From the NCBI RefSeq assembly GCF_964194025.1, contig NC_134468.1, positions 1,488,001 to 1,552,000 of the forward strand: DNA of 64,000 bases, written 5' to 3'. This stretch comes from Convolutriloba macropyga (taxonomy: Eukaryota). Below, one piece after another: positions 61,779 to 64,000 of the stretch (positions are counted from its first letter, which is position 1; each line of letters opens with the position of its first letter). A model generated the notes under the pieces. It saw nothing but the letters and a program-made list of their open reading frames with translations. It was not told the origin of the DNA and did no database searches. The position numbers and the translations under genes are program-made.

Positions 61779-63596
61779 ATGTCTTGTGCTTCGTTGCAAT
61801 GTCAGAATGAAAAGATCCAAGCCAGGAAGCTTCTTGACAAACAAAAGAGAAGTGCGTTGAACAGTGTCGCCTTTGAAAGCATATTCGAGCGCCAGTTTCG
61901 TGAATATGTAGGGGAGGTCAGACGCCACAAAAGGATCACGTTGGCTGTGATGGAGTCAAAATTCCAGCAGCATTGCTTGAATAATGAAGAAGATCCTGAC
62001 GTAACGGAGAGCATGCAGGCTCAGGAAGTTGAGCAGTATCTGGCTTTGAAATCAAGAGTTTTGTCTCTGTTTAATGATATTCTAAGAACGTGCTCGAATG
62101 TCGCCAACTCCACATCAGCCTCTCTGCCTCTGGGCGAGATTGGACCCGAAGAGGATCTAATGCCGGTTGATTTTGATGCTGATCAAGACAATGAGCAATG
62201 CATGTTCTGTTTGAATAAAGAGTTGATAGCCGAAAGAGAAATGGCTAACCATGTCAATTATTTGAAAGAAGTCAAAACTCAACGGTCCGCGTCATTGACT
62301 CAAAACGACGGCCGTAGCTCCTCCACACAGTTCGAACTTCCCACAGTTTCGTCAGATATGTTCCAAACAAATATCATCGAAGACGCTGTGAAAAGCTTGC
62401 AAAGCTCTTCGACATCATCAGCGCTCGGTTTGGATACTACGAGCGTTTCCAGCGCATTTTCCCAGAATCCCTTTGCAAGTTTTCCGCCTAATTCAGATGC
62501 CGCTACAGCGGCTCTGTTGTCATTCCCAATGATCGCGGAAACGCTAGCTGCATCTCTACTGGAAATGGGTCTTGTACAACAGCAACAGCAGCAACAACAA
62601 CAGCAATTAGATGCGAGGAACCCGTACAACGACTTATCGATGATGTTCCCCTTTTACTCAATGCCTGGATTCTCAGAGTTACCAAAAAACTTGTCAAAGA
62701 ATATGGTAACTCAGTTCTTTGACGCCGCTCTTGGAGCTCAAAACGGTAACTCGCAATCGTCAGTTAGTGCATCGGAAACAATTTCTAGCTCTATTCAAGA
62801 AGAAAAGATGGAAGTCAATGAGACCGAATCTGTTGCTGTGAATGAATCAAGTGCGACCGCTGAATCTGCTATGAATAGTGAAGCGAACAGAAATGATAGC
62901 GAGGACGAGAAACTGACCGGAACTTCATCGACTATAGAGGACGCCTCGAACGCCATTAAGCGGACGTACTCGTCAACCGAGTTGCATCAGGCTTTGAGAG
63001 ACGTATGTGATGGCAAAATGGGAACCAGGCGGGCGTCTTTAACATACGGGGTTCCTAGATCGACAATCAGGAATCATCTGAACAAGATTAAAAACTATGG
63101 CAAAGATGTCGCTTTCCGAATGATTGATTCCGAAACTGGGTGCAGTGACTCGATCGGGGACCTTCTTACACTACGAGGGAAACAAATGATTTCGGAGCTG
63201 AGGTACGTCGAACAAGACGTCAAACCAGCTCCTAAGGGCTCTGACCCTGTGACCGCGTTCCCTTTGGTTGACAAGAATCAAAACCTATCTGACAGATTTG
63301 TAAAGCATTCGCTTGCAGGTCACCTTGAAGACTACCTTGCCCGACAAAGTCTGCAAAGCGAGCTCATTGGCCAGCAGCCAAACAGCAACAGTGACCTATC
63401 AGCACTCCCGTTGCTCCCTGAAAGAGTGGAAAATGTATACCTGAGCGAGTCTGATGTGCAATATTACAATAACCTGAAGTGTGCGTTGACTGCTGTTCAT
63501 TCCTATGGCATGAGTGTATCGAAAGCAAGTGCAATATTTAACATACACACTTCCAATATTCGAGACGCATTGACTATGTTCTTGCTGGCAAGCTGA
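61779..63596 (+). CDS. E93/Mblk-1/LCoR-family transcription factor with two pipsqueak-type HTH domains, 605 aa
   Basis: RTYSSTELHQALRDVCDGKMGTRRASLTYGVPRSTIRN matches E93/Mblk-1 HTH1. ALTAVHSYGMSVSKASAIFNI is a degenerate HTH2 with the LCoR-like MSVSKA motif. PolyQ tract; intact ORF; in-frame TAG directly before the ATG. Confidence 0.85.
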   Translation: MSCASLQCQNEKIQARKLLDKQKRSALNSVAFESIFERQFREYVGEVRRHKRITLAVMESKFQQHCLNNEEDPDVTESMQAQEVEQYLALKSRVLSLFNDILRTCSNVANSTSASLPLGEIGPEEDLMPVDFDADQDNEQCMFCLNKELIAEREMANHVNYLKEVKTQRSASLTQNDGRSSSTQFELPTVSSDMFQTNIIEDAVKSLQSSSTSSALGLDTTSVSSAFSQNPFASFPPNSDAATAALLSFPMIAETLAASLLEMGLVQQQQQQQQQQLDARNPYNDLSMMFPFYSMPGFSELPKNLSKNMVTQFFDAALGAQNGNSQSSVSASETISSSIQEEKMEVNETESVAVNESSATAESAMNSEANRNDSEDEKLTGTSSTIEDASNAIKRTYSSTELHQALRDVCDGKMGTRRASLTYGVPRSTIRNHLNKIKNYGKDVAFRMIDSETGCSDSIGDLLTLRGKQMISELRYVEQDVKPAPKGSDPVTAFPLVDKNQNLSDRFVKHSLAGHLEDYLARQSLQSELIGQQPNSNSDLSALPLLPERVENVYLSESDVQYYNNLKCALTAVHSYGMSVSKASAIFNIHTSNIRDALTMFLLAS

Positions 63597-64000
63597 AATG
63601 TCAGATATGACGCATACAAAGTTAAACCCAAGTAAAATTGATGTTGTTGAGATAAATCCTTAATGTTGTAGCCGAGCCAGTCCATTTCGTATCCCTAATT
63701 TATGTTTCAGTAGTTTAATAAGCTTTTTGAAATTGAGGAAATCGAGTAATATTTGTGCTTCTTTTAATATGTACATAAAATTGATGTTCTATCTTACCGA
63801 GTTAATTTGTCTATCTCACCGTTTTGTATTGCTTGATTTATCTTGATGTTTCTCTTCCTGCATATTTATCATATCGCTAAATTAATCATTCTATGTTAGT
63901 TTTTGCAATCAGTCTGTGCCACGAGGAGATAAATGATTAATTATTATGACTTCCAGATCTACTGAATAAGCGTTGAGATGCTGTTAAAAGTTTCCCTTTG

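Noticed and set aside
61802-63685. Minus-strand ORFs including a poly-Cys peptide
   Set aside because: Antisense shadows of the HTH gene and its polyQ tract.

Overview
AT-rich animal (invertebrate-like) nuclear DNA, mostly transposon-derived. (1) 1-3630: a decayed, intron-containing zinc-finger/tyrosine-recombinase gene with a convergent partner gene, ending at an (ACTACTGCT)n microsatellite. (2) 4268-6637: two MITE-like inverted-repeat elements, a 5'-truncated CR1/L2-group LINE and a small single-TM gene. (3) ~7370-21400: a mosaic satellite of about 9-10 units of 1.2-2.1 kb. (4) A host TMEM186 gene in three exons (21590-21887, 22765-22924, 61213-61408), not assembled by the ORF track. Its first intron appears to be GA-AG. 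Its 38.3-kb second intron holds a decayed Polinton/Maverick (adintovirus-like: terminus, 29-bp minisatellite, pPolB, ATPase, integrase, minor capsid, major capsid fragment) and three different L1/Tx1-like families, all antisense to the gene. Three separate recent tandem duplications (~5.8, ~2.9 and ~7.0 kb) reshaped this intron. (5) An E93/Mblk-1/LCoR-like pipsqueak HTH gene 370 bp after the TMEM186 stop. Strongest novelty candidates: a covarying multi-helix RNA shared by the leaders of two divergent L1/Tx1 families inserted back-to-back, and the spliced tyrosine-recombinase two-gene element. All homology calls and identities are by eye; no searches were run.
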